A stretch of 64,000 nt of DNA. It comes from an uncultured Chlamydiae bacterium (GTDB taxonomy: Bacteria > Chlamydiota > Chlamydiia > Chlamydiales > CACLRR01). The position numbers were made by a program, and so were the translations under genes. Where the stretch lies: assembly GCA_902609415.1 (NCBI GenBank), contig CACLRR010000002.1:32182-96181 (forward strand), in the 5' to 3' direction. Below the pieces are notes generated by a model, which made no database searches, was not told the origin of the DNA, and was given only the letters and a program-made list of their open reading frames with translations. Shown here in pieces: positions 38,370 to 48,200 of the stretch (positions are counted from its first letter, which is position 1; the number at the start of each line of letters is the position of its first letter).

Positions 38370-40661
38370 ATGTTAAAGTTTTTTAGAACGTATCAGAAGG
38401 GAATATTTGTTGTTGTAGCCTTTATGGTAATTGTATCCTTTGTTTTTTTTGGGACCAATAGAAGTAATATTCAGCCTACGAAGGCTGAAAAGCAGACACG
38501 GTCTGTAGGTAAGGCAATAGATGGAACTTCGATTGCATTTTGCGATATTATGGAGCTTATAAGAGTTCTAGAGACAGATCAATTTGACCCTTTTATTTTC
38601 GAACAGGATAGTGGTATTAATCTGCTTAATGATGGTGTACTAAAAAAGGAGATCCTAGGTACTGGAATAGGTAAGATGCTTCTTTTAAAGTATAGGGACC
38701 AATTTGAGGATACGCTTGCTGAAAAGATTAAGAATAGTAAGAAGTATGAGTTCTATACGCACCCAGTCGCAGAAGGTATTTCGCAAGAGAGTGTCATTAA
38801 ACAGTTTGCCCCAGAGATCATCGGGCAAGTTGAAAAGCTAAAAAGTGAAAAGGAATGTTATTCTGAGACTGCTTTAGATACTTATATAGATCTTTATCTT
38901 TCTGGAATGAAGATTTCACCCTATCTCGTAAGACAATTTCTTTCCTTCCAAGAACAGCAATCACTTCCTGAAGAGTACAGAGACCATTCCTTGAGAAATA
39001 GAGCCCTAGCCCTTTTTAATACAAAAAGTGCATCTGATTGGTTTGGGCGCGAATTTATTGAGAATGTTGCACTATTGATTTATAATATGGATGTTTATGC
39101 ACAGCAAAAGGGGATTTCGGTTTCTAATGCTGAAGTAAGAGCTTCCTTAATGAGTAATGCAAAAAGATGGAATGATAGAATTGGTGGTGAGAAGGATCTT
39201 ACTAATGATCAGCTAGATGGTATGATTGAGGTTATTTCTAATAGAATAGGTTTAAGTGAAAAGGAGATGATAGCAGCCTGGAAGAGAGTTCTTTCATTTA
39301 GACATGTAATTAGTCAAGTAGAGAAATCTCTTCTTATAGATACATTTATGTGTGAGCAGCAGGATCCTGGAACTAATGGATATCAGCTTGTCAAGGCAAA
39401 GTTGCATCGTCTACCTGAAACTCTTAGGATGACTGAGATGAAGGATCTGTGGAAGCTTCAAATCTATCTCGATGCACTTACAGAAAGTGAGCATATTATT
39501 GAGATTTCTGATCAATATAAAAGTGTTGAACAGGTTGCAGAGAAATTCCCTGAGTTAGTACAGCACAACTTTTCTGTGGGTGTGGTTCATGTTAGAAAAG
39601 GTGACGTTGCTGAATCAATCCCTCTTAAGGAGACATGGCAGTGGCAATTAGTAGAGGATAATTGGAAGAAGCTATTGACTAGATTCCCTGAACTAGTAAG
39701 TCAACATACTATAGATCAAGATTCACGATATGAATATTTAGAGAGTTTGCCAAATGAGCTTAGAAAGGAGATTGATCAGTTTTCTAGAAATGAAATTCTA
39801 GGTAATAATCTAGATCTTATCAGAAAAAAGCTTGCTCAAACATCTCCTGATGTTGAGACATGGTCTATTTGTCTTAATAGGAATAGGGAAGTTATTACGG
39901 GGATTACTGATAGAGAAAAGATCATTGAATTATTGATTGAAGCTGGATCTAGAAGTGAGGGTTGTAGTAGGGTTCAGGATCTTCTTTCTTGCTATAGCGA
40001 GGATGGGGAAAACTATTATAGAATTAAAGTTTATAGTGCAGATCCAGAATTAGAACTACTCACATACCAAGAGGCGTCTTCTAGGGGTATTTTGGATGAG
40101 TTATTTGAAAAGCGGATAAAAGTGCTTTATGATCTTTATAAAGGAAGAAGGGATCCTTTAGTAATGGATAAGAATACCTATCCAAAAGAGATGAAAGAGG
40201 TTGAAGTTGCACTAGGTGAGATTTCTTTTAAAGGCCTTTTAGAAGAGTTGAAAGCAGAAAAAATAGCTTATAACCTTGCCCCAGATCAGATAGTCCCACT
40301 TAGATTTTTTAAGTATTTAAAAAAACAAAGGCAAACAACCTCAACTGAGGATCACAATAGATCAGCCCTTGAGATGCAGTTTGATCTAATTGAAGAAGTG
40401 TGTGACATCAGTAATCAGAGAAAGGAGACCTTTTCTCACCCTTCAATGTTTGAGGATTCAGAAAAGGAAAGCAAAGAGATCTATATAAACGATTATCTTG
40501 AGCCATATTTTTATGAGATCGTTGAGAGAGGTATTGATAGAGAAACCCTTTCACAGGATATAGTTAGTAGGAGAAAAACACTTGTAGAAGAGGCTCAAAG
40601 GAACTTTGTTGCAGGATTTGTAAAGAGGATCGAAATTCCAGAGTCTTTAGGTGCTAGGTAA
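38370..40661 (+). CDS. conserved chlamydial membrane-anchored protein with SurA/PpiD-like N-terminus
   Basis: MLKFFRTYQK plus TM segment ..SFVFFG, GISVSNAEVR motif; located between lplA and gcvH as in Chlamydia. Confidence 0.7.
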   Translation: MLKFFRTYQKGIFVVVAFMVIVSFVFFGTNRSNIQPTKAEKQTRSVGKAIDGTSIAFCDIMELIRVLETDQFDPFIFEQDSGINLLNDGVLKKEILGTGIGKMLLLKYRDQFEDTLAEKIKNSKKYEFYTHPVAEGISQESVIKQFAPEIIGQVEKLKSEKECYSETALDTYIDLYLSGMKISPYLVRQFLSFQEQQSLPEEYRDHSLRNRALALFNTKSASDWFGREFIENVALLIYNMDVYAQQKGISVSNAEVRASLMSNAKRWNDRIGGEKDLTNDQLDGMIEVISNRIGLSEKEMIAAWKRVLSFRHVISQVEKSLLIDTFMCEQQDPGTNGYQLVKAKLHRLPETLRMTEMKDLWKLQIYLDALTESEHIIEISDQYKSVEQVAEKFPELVQHNFSVGVVHVRKGDVAESIPLKETWQWQLVEDNWKKLLTRFPELVSQHTIDQDSRYEYLESLPNELRKEIDQFSRNEILGNNLDLIRKKLAQTSPDVETWSICLNRNREVITGITDREKIIELLIEAGSRSEGCSRVQDLLSCYSEDGENYYRIKVYSADPELELLTYQEASSRGILDELFEKRIKVLYDLYKGRRDPLVMDKNTYPKEMKEVEVALGEISFKGLLEELKAEKIAYNLAPDQIVPLRFFKYLKKQRQTTSTEDHNRSALEMQFDLIEEVCDISNQRKETFSHPSMFEDSEKESKEIYINDYLEPYFYEIVERGIDRETLSQDIVSRRKTLVEEAQRNFVAGFVKRIEIPESLGAR

Positions 40662-41290
40662 TGAATCTGGATGCTCTTGATAAGATTTTGCCAGTAAATT
40701 TAGTAGAGATTAACCAGGATCTTTATAGGCTTAAGAACGGGAGTTCTATACTTGAAGAAGTATATCAAATCTCTGACTTTTCGACTCTTTTAGATGAAAA
40801 AACAGGTGTAGATTTACATATGGCTTACTCAGAGTCATTGCATCTGCATTTTCTAGTTCATGAGCCGTTTCAAGAAGTTGTCTATCCAAAGTATCAGTCT
40901 GGAGATTCTATTGAGCTTTTTATTGATACTCGCAATATTAAAGGATCTAAAGTTGTCCATAGTTTCTGCCACCATTTTATTCTCTTTCCAAAGCCTATAG
41001 AAAACATGTCTGGAATGGAGGTAACAAAGTTTTATATCCACCAGGAACACCCTTTTGCAAAGAGCTCCGATTTTAAGCTAAATACACACTTTAGTGATCA
41101 TAGCTATACTCTTTCACTAGATTTAGATGAAAAACATCTTCATGGATTCGATTCTAATCAATATAATAGTATAAGATTTAGCTATAGAGTAAATAGAGCA
41201 AAGAAAAAACCGTTGCATTTTAACCACTCATCAACTGAATATTTGTTAGCAAAGCACCCTGAGTTATGGATGCAGATGAATTTAGTTTAG
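40661..41290 (+). CDS. hypothetical protein, DOMON/CBM9-like
   Basis: GDSIELFIDTR and FCHHF motifs; translationally coupled to the upstream gene. Confidence 0.6.
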   Translation: MNLDALDKILPVNLVEINQDLYRLKNGSSILEEVYQISDFSTLLDEKTGVDLHMAYSESLHLHFLVHEPFQEVVYPKYQSGDSIELFIDTRNIKGSKVVHSFCHHFILFPKPIENMSGMEVTKFYIHQEHPFAKSSDFKLNTHFSDHSYTLSLDLDEKHLHGFDSNQYNSIRFSYRVNRAKKKPLHFNHSSTEYLLAKHPELWMQMNLV

Positions 41291-41297
41291 GAGGAAG

Positions 41298-41669
41298 ATG
41301 AAAAAGTATAGTAAGAATCACAGCTGGTTGAAGTTAGAGGATGATGGCACTGTTACAGTTGGAATCACTAAGCAGATTGTTGAGATGATAGGTGAGATTG
41401 TCCACATTGAACCTCCTGAGTTAAGTACTTCATGTAATTTGGGGGATGAGATTCTAGCATTAGAGGCGACAAAATCGGTTTCAGATATTGAAGCACCGAT
41501 ATCAGGAGAGATTATTGAATTCAATAATGAGCTTGAGGATAATATAGAGATAGTTAACGAGCACTCTGAAGATAAAGGGTGGTTATATAAAATGAAGCCT
41601 CATGATATAACAGAGCTTAAAGCATTATTGGACTCTAATCAGTATCAGGATTTTGTAGAAAATTCGTAG
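41298..41669 (+). CDS. gcvH: glycine cleavage system H / lipoyl carrier protein
   Basis: KYSKNHSW, VGIT, LEATKSVSDI lipoyl-Lys, APISG, GWLYK. Confidence 0.93.
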   Translation: MKKYSKNHSWLKLEDDGTVTVGITKQIVEMIGEIVHIEPPELSTSCNLGDEILALEATKSVSDIEAPISGEIIEFNNELEDNIEIVNEHSEDKGWLYKMKPHDITELKALLDSNQYQDFVENS

Positions 41670-42348
41670 CAATATCTTCTTGTTCATAGAATACTGGGGC
41701 TGAAAGTTGATCCTTCTTAACTAGAGAGATCCCTGCAAATCCTAAAAAGGAAAGAGCAATTAGTCCTGTAAGAATAAAGGTGATAGCCATTCCTTCTAAT
41801 CCCTTCGGCATATCTGAGTAGGTGAGTTTCTCTCGGATAACACCTATAATGATAATAGCAAGCCACCAACCAAGGCCTGTACTCGCTACAAAAACTGTAT
41901 TAGGAACAAAGGTGAATTGGTCTTTTATTGCAAAGAGTGACGCTCCAAGGATTGCACAATTAACAGTAATAAGTGGAAGATAGACGCCAAGAGCTCGATA
42001 GAGCGGTGGAATGAATCTATCGAGAAAGATTTCTAGGACCTGAACAAGTGATGCTATAACTGAAATGAAAATGATAAAATCAAGGAAGGTAAGATCAATT
42101 TCTTCAAAGTTATAATTAATCGGTAACCAACTAAGAGCCCCTTTTTTTGTAATAAAATGGTGGATTGTCCAGTTGATTATACCAGAGAGTGTAATCACTA
42201 CAAAGACTGAAAATCCGAGACCACTTGCAGTGGATAATTTTGATGAACATGCAAGATAAGAACACATTCCTAGAAAATAGAAAAGGAGGATGTTTTCGAT
42301 AAAAATAGCCTGAATAGCAAGAGAAAGAAGGTCTAAAAAGGTATTCAT
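41635..42348 (-). CDS. nqrE: Na+-translocating NADH:quinone oxidoreductase subunit E
   Basis: FIENILL..FLGMCSYLA, LGVYLPLITVNCAILG. Confidence 0.95.
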   Translation of the reverse strand: MNTFLDLLSLAIQAIFIENILLFYFLGMCSYLACSSKLSTASGLGFSVFVVITLSGIINWTIHHFITKKGALSWLPINYNFEEIDLTFLDFIIFISVIASLVQVLEIFLDRFIPPLYRALGVYLPLITVNCAILGASLFAIKDQFTFVPNTVFVASTGLGWWLAIIIIGVIREKLTYSDMPKGLEGMAITFILTGLIALSFLGFAGISLVKKDQLSAPVFYEQEDIATNFLQNPDTD

Positions 42349-42974
42349 TTTGCTTCTCCATTTAGCTGATTAAAACCCCAAACAGTAAACCCTAGGATGA
42401 AGAAAGCAGAGGGTGCCAGTGTCATTAAGTTTGAATTGACATAGAGATTATAGTGTCCCTCACGTGCATACCACAAGGCTGGGATAATTTTTATACCAAA
42501 GAGTGAACCAAACCCAAAGAACTCTCTAATAGAGGCAACAAGTATGAGTACAAGTCCATAACCTATAGCAGCTCCAAGACCATCTAGGAAAGAGTATAAT
42601 GGGGGAGTATGTATTGCTACGGATTCAGCTCTTCCCATCACTATGCAGTTTGTAATTATAAGGCCTACAAAAACTGAGAGTGTCTTTGAAAGTTCATAGG
42701 AAAAAGCTTGTAGGAACTGATCTACAATAATTACAAAGGTAGAAATAATAACAAGCTCTGCTACCATACGCACATTTGTAGGTGTAATATTTCGTAAGAG
42801 TGAAATAAAAAGAGATGACAAGGAGGTAACAAATATAACAGCAATTGTCATGGTTATAGCAAGTTGTAGTTGTATTGTTATAGCAAGTGCTGAGCAGATG
42901 CCAAGAACAGCTATAAGAACTTGATTATTCTTCCAAATTGGTTCAAGAAGAAACTTTTTCCATCTTTTGCTCAT
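42345..42974 (-). CDS. nqrD: Na+-NQR subunit D
   Basis: VLGICSALA, LSVFVGLIITNCIVMGRAE, LAPSAFF. Confidence 0.95.
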   Translation of the reverse strand: MSKRWKKFLLEPIWKNNQVLIAVLGICSALAITIQLQLAITMTIAVIFVTSLSSLFISLLRNITPTNVRMVAELVIISTFVIIVDQFLQAFSYELSKTLSVFVGLIITNCIVMGRAESVAIHTPPLYSFLDGLGAAIGYGLVLILVASIREFFGFGSLFGIKIIPALWYAREGHYNLYVNSNLMTLAPSAFFILGFTVWGFNQLNGEAK

Positions 42975-43779
42975 TAGATCCTTCTTTTAAAAGAAAATTT
43001 CTGTATTGCTTCAGGATTATCTTAATACATTCTTCTACACCATTTGAAGTTATAGTAGCTCCGGAAATTGCATCGACTGCATTGTTTTTTTCATAGGTAT
43101 TCATTTGCATAATTTTTGCTGGTTTTTCTACAATTACCATGAAAGTGGATTGTTCAACAGAAAGATTGTTGTTTTTACCTCGAAATAAAATTGATTTATT
43201 GTTGAATTGCTCTTGCCACCACGGTTCAGTAATGACTGCGCCAAGACCTGGTGTTTCCTTTTGGTCATAAAAAGTAATACCAAGGATTTCAGTTTTGTTT
43301 GGTTTAAGACTTAAATAACCATAGATTGCATCCCAGAGTCCTTGACCATTGATAGGAATAATATAGGCAAAAACAGATTTCTTATCCGGAGTTTTAACAA
43401 GATAAAACAGCTTATATTTAAGCTGTGAAAATCCTTGTTTGTGGTGCTGACTTATATATCGTGTATAATTAAGTCCAGCTTCTTCAAAGGTGAGAGTTTG
43501 CCCGGTACTTGTTGCAACCATTGGTATTACTCTTGTTTTATAGACTCTATTAATTTCATCCTTAGACGCTCTTTTTTTTTGTTTATTTTCTATAAAATAC
43601 CCTTCAGGATCTAGAATTTTGCAACTTATAAGTAGTTGTTTGTATTGGGCATTTTCTTTTTCAATTTTTTGTAAAGGCTTTAGAGCTTCGGAGGTAGTTG
43701 CAAGAACTAAGGCGGAGACTAAACATAAAAAAAAGATGTAAGTAAGGACATAAGGGGAGTTGTTTTTTTTATCTGACAC
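42943..43779 (-). CDS. nqrC: Na+-NQR subunit C
   Basis: GQGLWDAIYG, ETPGLGA, FMN motif VDAISGATITS; GTG 43779 follows an AAGGAGG RBS. Confidence 0.95.
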   Translation of the reverse strand: MSDKKNNSPYVLTYIFFLCLVSALVLATTSEALKPLQKIEKENAQYKQLLISCKILDPEGYFIENKQKKRASKDEINRVYKTRVIPMVATSTGQTLTFEEAGLNYTRYISQHHKQGFSQLKYKLFYLVKTPDKKSVFAYIIPINGQGLWDAIYGYLSLKPNKTEILGITFYDQKETPGLGAVITEPWWQEQFNNKSILFRGKNNNLSVEQSTFMVIVEKPAKIMQMNTYEKNNAVDAISGATITSNGVEECIKIILKQYRNFLLKEGSNEQKMEKVSS

Positions 43780-45202
43780 GAGACCTCCTTCGATAAAGTG
43801 TAATTGCCGCATGGTCTAGTAATGGAGAAAGTGTATTACCAAAGAGAATTGCAAGCATCACTCCTTCCGGATATGCTGGATTGATAAGACGTATAATGAT
43901 AGTAAGGAAGCCTATGATTATGCCATATAACCATTTTGCGCTTGTTGCATAGGGTGAAGTGACTGGTTCCGTAGCCATAAATACCAAACCAAAGAGAAGA
44001 CTCCCAATAAGAAAGTGTTTATAGGGTGGTAATGCATAAATGGCTGGATTAAAGGCACCACCTAGTGGACCTAGATGGGAAAAGGCATAAAATGTATATG
44101 ATGTTAGTAATGCTCCAACAGCAACAGCTAGCATTGTATGTATTGAAGCAACCCCTGTAGTAAGAAGGATTAGGGCGCCAATTATAATTGCAATTTTTGA
44201 GGTTTCTCCAAGTGAACCAATTTGCGAGCCAAAAAAGAGATTGCTATTAGATAGCACACCATGAGAAAACTGAAGTTTGGCAAGATCCATCGCAGCTGAA
44301 TATTGGTCAGGAGCTAGAGCAAGACCTTTAGGAGAGGTAACAAATTGTTGTAATTCATGGGGAGAAAGTGAACCTAGTCTTAGATTTTTGTCATAGTTGT
44401 ATAGTTTTGCTTGTAAAAGTGGGCCTAAGGAAACCTTATTGTCCCATAGCATTCCGATTGCATCGACTTGTAGTCGGGTTATCTTGTTATTTGCAAGTGT
44501 AACTAACGGTGATTCCGTAGACATAATATCAAATTCATGGTTTTCTTTTTTTATTTCTCGAATATTTTGTTGTATTACTTGAGGGTTAGTTCCTACCCAA
44601 ACATCGCCCGTCATAAAACTAGGGTAAGCAAAATAGAGGATACACCTACAAACAAGAGCTGGATTGTATATATTGTAACCTGTCCCACCAAAAAGCTCTT
44701 TACTAATAATAATACCAAGGCTTACACCAACAACAACCATCCAGTAGGGAATTGTTGAAGGGAGGATGAGAGCAATTAGGAGGCCTGTCACAAAAAAACC
44801 TTCTGATACTTCCTTTTTTCTAACAGTTGCAAACAAAACTTCCCAAAAACCACCAACAATATAGCAGATAATTAATATCGGTAAAAAAATGATAAGCCCT
44901 TCAAAGATGATCTTTAGGAGGAGATGTTCTTGTAGAACGAATGAACATAACGCACCGAACGAATCGCGATGAGAAAGATAGCTTTTTAGAAGGGGCATGT
45001 CATGGCTTTTATAAATAACTGAAAGAAGTCCATTATTAAGGATAGCTGCAATGGTACAAGGGATTAGTGAGAAGACAACAAGAGCCATCCATCGTTTGAG
45101 ATCAACAAAATCTCTAATGAAAGGCCAGGATGTAATTTGAATGTGGGATTCTCTAATAAAAGATTTTCCCGCTTCTTTGAGTTTTAATAAAATCGATAGC
45201 AC
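43769..45202 (-). CDS. nqrB: Na+-NQR subunit B
   Basis: IRDFVDLKRWM, SEGFFVT, KELFGGTG, GSLGETS, FMATEPVT, PEGVMLAIL. Confidence 0.95.
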   Translation of the reverse strand: MLSILLKLKEAGKSFIRESHIQITSWPFIRDFVDLKRWMALVVFSLIPCTIAAILNNGLLSVIYKSHDMPLLKSYLSHRDSFGALCSFVLQEHLLLKIIFEGLIIFLPILIICYIVGGFWEVLFATVRKKEVSEGFFVTGLLIALILPSTIPYWMVVVGVSLGIIISKELFGGTGYNIYNPALVCRCILYFAYPSFMTGDVWVGTNPQVIQQNIREIKKENHEFDIMSTESPLVTLANNKITRLQVDAIGMLWDNKVSLGPLLQAKLYNYDKNLRLGSLSPHELQQFVTSPKGLALAPDQYSAAMDLAKLQFSHGVLSNSNLFFGSQIGSLGETSKIAIIIGALILLTTGVASIHTMLAVAVGALLTSYTFYAFSHLGPLGGAFNPAIYALPPYKHFLIGSLLFGLVFMATEPVTSPYATSAKWLYGIIIGFLTIIIRLINPAYPEGVMLAILFGNTLSPLLDHAAITLYRRRSRVR

Positions 45203-45256
45203 TTTTTATTTAGCTTTGTTAAGTTCTTTTCCACATATTAGAACGTTTAAACTCTC

Positions 45257-48200
45257 ATGTCAAAAAATCTTTTGCAAAAGATTAAGAATTTTTGCGCATA
45301 TGCACTCTTAGCTGTTTTTTTTACATCAGCCTTTTATTGCTATGATATAATGATTCAAGGATGTACGGAGTTCTATTTAAATCGACTCTATCCTGTAAAA
45401 AAGGGATGGAGAGTTTCTTTTGATAAAATCCAACTATCCACTAGTGGAATTAAGTGTAGCAATTTACAGCTAAAATCCAGGGAGGATATGTTTGCATGTC
45501 ATATTGATACGATAGAATTTTTATTTAGATCAGTACCAAGAGAAAAAAAGATCTTACTTAGGGATATGAATCTTACAATTGATAAAGGAGCAACTGTATA
45601 TTTTTCTGACTGGAGACAATCTTTTTCACAGAGAACAAAGTTTCCTAGATTCTCCTTGGATCATATTCAGGTTAACCTAAAAGAAGAGGAGAATGTAGAT
45701 ACTTTTCATTTAAGTTTAAGTACTGAGCATTCTACAAAAATCAATGGACAAATAAAGCTGTTTCAGAAGAGAGGTGGTGAGGTTGATTTAGAGGCATCCT
45801 TACACAAATGGATGAATGAATGGATGGTTGAATGTACTTTTCATGATATGCAGATAGGAAAGCTCCAAAATGTCTATAGATTCTTTTTAGATGATGATTT
45901 AACAACAGATATTAGAGGAAGAGCCAATGGAAGAATATGGTTGAGTTTAGATTCCGATTTTTCAATTCATCAGGCAAATAGTGTTGTAAAATTGCAAGAA
46001 TTAAACTTAAAAAAGGGTGCTCCTTATGCAGATTTATATATTGAGCAGGCTAGTGTCGAATATTACTATCCTCTTGGAAAAATAGAAAATGTGAATCCCT
46101 CATATTATAAAAATAGTCTTTGTCATATAAAAATTGAAGAGTGTGCTTGTTCATTTAAAGAAAATGAACAGAATCAATTTTATCATCTAGAAGGGATTAA
46201 CGGTTCTTTTTATTATCATTCCTTGAAAAATTCACATATTGAGTTGGGTGGAAGTTACATACAAAATGGAGAATCATTTCAGATGAGGCTCTATGGCGAA
46301 CCTAAGATCAATAAAAATGGAAATGCTACAACTGATTTAAAACTTACACTAGAGTCTGATGATCAGTCCTGCACTAGTGCACATATTGTGCTCAATGAAA
46401 TTAATGAGGATGAAATGCACATAGAGGTCGCACTTAATGAGATTGATACAAGACAAATGGCTCTTTGTCAGCATTTATTAAGTTATTCTATTCCAGAAGT
46501 TAAGGAGGTAAGTTTTCTAGAGGGTAGTTATAGTGGGCTTGCTTCTTTATCATTGAGAGAGAAAAAACTTATTAGTATTGATTTAGATTATGCCAAGGGA
46601 ATAGATGTAGCTGTAAGCCATAAAGAAAGAGAGATCACTGCAAGGTGTAGAGATTTTAATATTAGTGGCAAACTAGATCTGAATGCTCTTCCATTTATTG
46701 CATTTGATACGTGGAGAGTTGATCTTAATGAAGGTTCTATAGATAGAATAGATCTTGATAAGATTGACCTTGATATCGAGGTGGAAAAAAAGACCTTCAC
46801 TTACTCTACACTTGATTTTTCACACAAGGGTATTGATTGTTGTATAGAAATGGAAGGCAGTTATAGTGAGCCAATCATTAACATATCATTAAATATGATG
46901 CAAAAAACACTTCTTAGATATGTTTTAGAGGATGAAGAGAATGCTCTACAAAAAAGACGATTAGAGATAACTTCCCATTTTGAAAAAAAGGACAAAGAGT
47001 GGAACATAATAGGTGAGTGTGCTTTTGAGAATGAAAATAGAGTGAAAGAGAGAATTTCTTTTGGCGCATTTTCTGATATCACAATAGATCATTTATTAAA
47101 TAGAAGATTTGAAAATAGAGTGCATGATTTTTGGTTTAAAGGAGAGAGTATTTCAGGCTATTTATTTAATTGTTTGCAGAAGGTCCATAAGCTACCGTGT
47201 TGTGTTGAAGGGTTAATTGATGTTAGTGGTAAGATCAATAATGACCAAATTAATGCTGCTATTAGTGTAAAAGAGATTGAAATTGATAGTAATGAGTATT
47301 TTTTTGCGATTGGAGAGCCTTTAGAAAATCAGATCAATATTGTCTATGATCGACATGAGAATGTGTGTGCAGGAAGAGGTTTACTCACGCACCTAGATGT
47401 TTTTGAAAAGGAGAGCTCTTTTGTCTATACTGATACAAGTGCAGAAGTAACTTTTAGTAATACGAAGATAGTTTTTAAAGATATAAAGACCTCATATCAG
47501 TCTATCACCTTTGAAGGTAGTCTTGGTTTGCTTTTAAAAGATGAGATGCTACTTGATTTAACAATTAAGAAGGCAGAAGGTGATATTGTTGATGGGTTAT
47601 CTATTTTACATAATTATTATTTTCAAACAGACTTAGAGGATCAGTTAGGAGGGAGATTTAATTTACTTGGGGATGGAATAAGTATTGCATATTTTCAGGA
47701 TGGCTTGGAGCCATTAATACATGGAGGTGTACATTTAGAAAATGCTTATTATAAAAATCGCAATTACGATTTTTTAGAGGGGATCTGTTGCGATATTTCC
47801 TATAGTTCATTAGAGAAGACCTCTAGAATAAAAAACTTTAGATCACATTTCTTTGGCGCGGATCAATATACATTAAATATTAATGCTCTTATGTTTAATC
47901 ACAAGAATGGATCGGGACATTTTGATTGTAGCCTAAGGGGACCGTTAACATATATATTAGATATGAAAGGATCTCTAGAGGATGGTAATCTAACAATAGC
48001 GGATACTTTGATGGAGAAGAATCTGTTGGATGCAAGGATAAATGAGGATTTTGAGTTAGAGGAACTAAACTGTAATTGGAGTATACCTTATGAACACTTA
48101 AGGTGCATTGAAGACTTTGCGTATAATATTGATCTATGTTCACTGAGATTATTAGAACCATACAAGGCTAAGACAGATTCAACCATTTGTGCAGAGTTTA

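Noticed and set aside
41635-45202. Incomplete nqr operon (no nqrA/nqrF)
   Set aside because: A split nqr locus with nqrA and nqrF elsewhere is the normal chlamydial arrangement.
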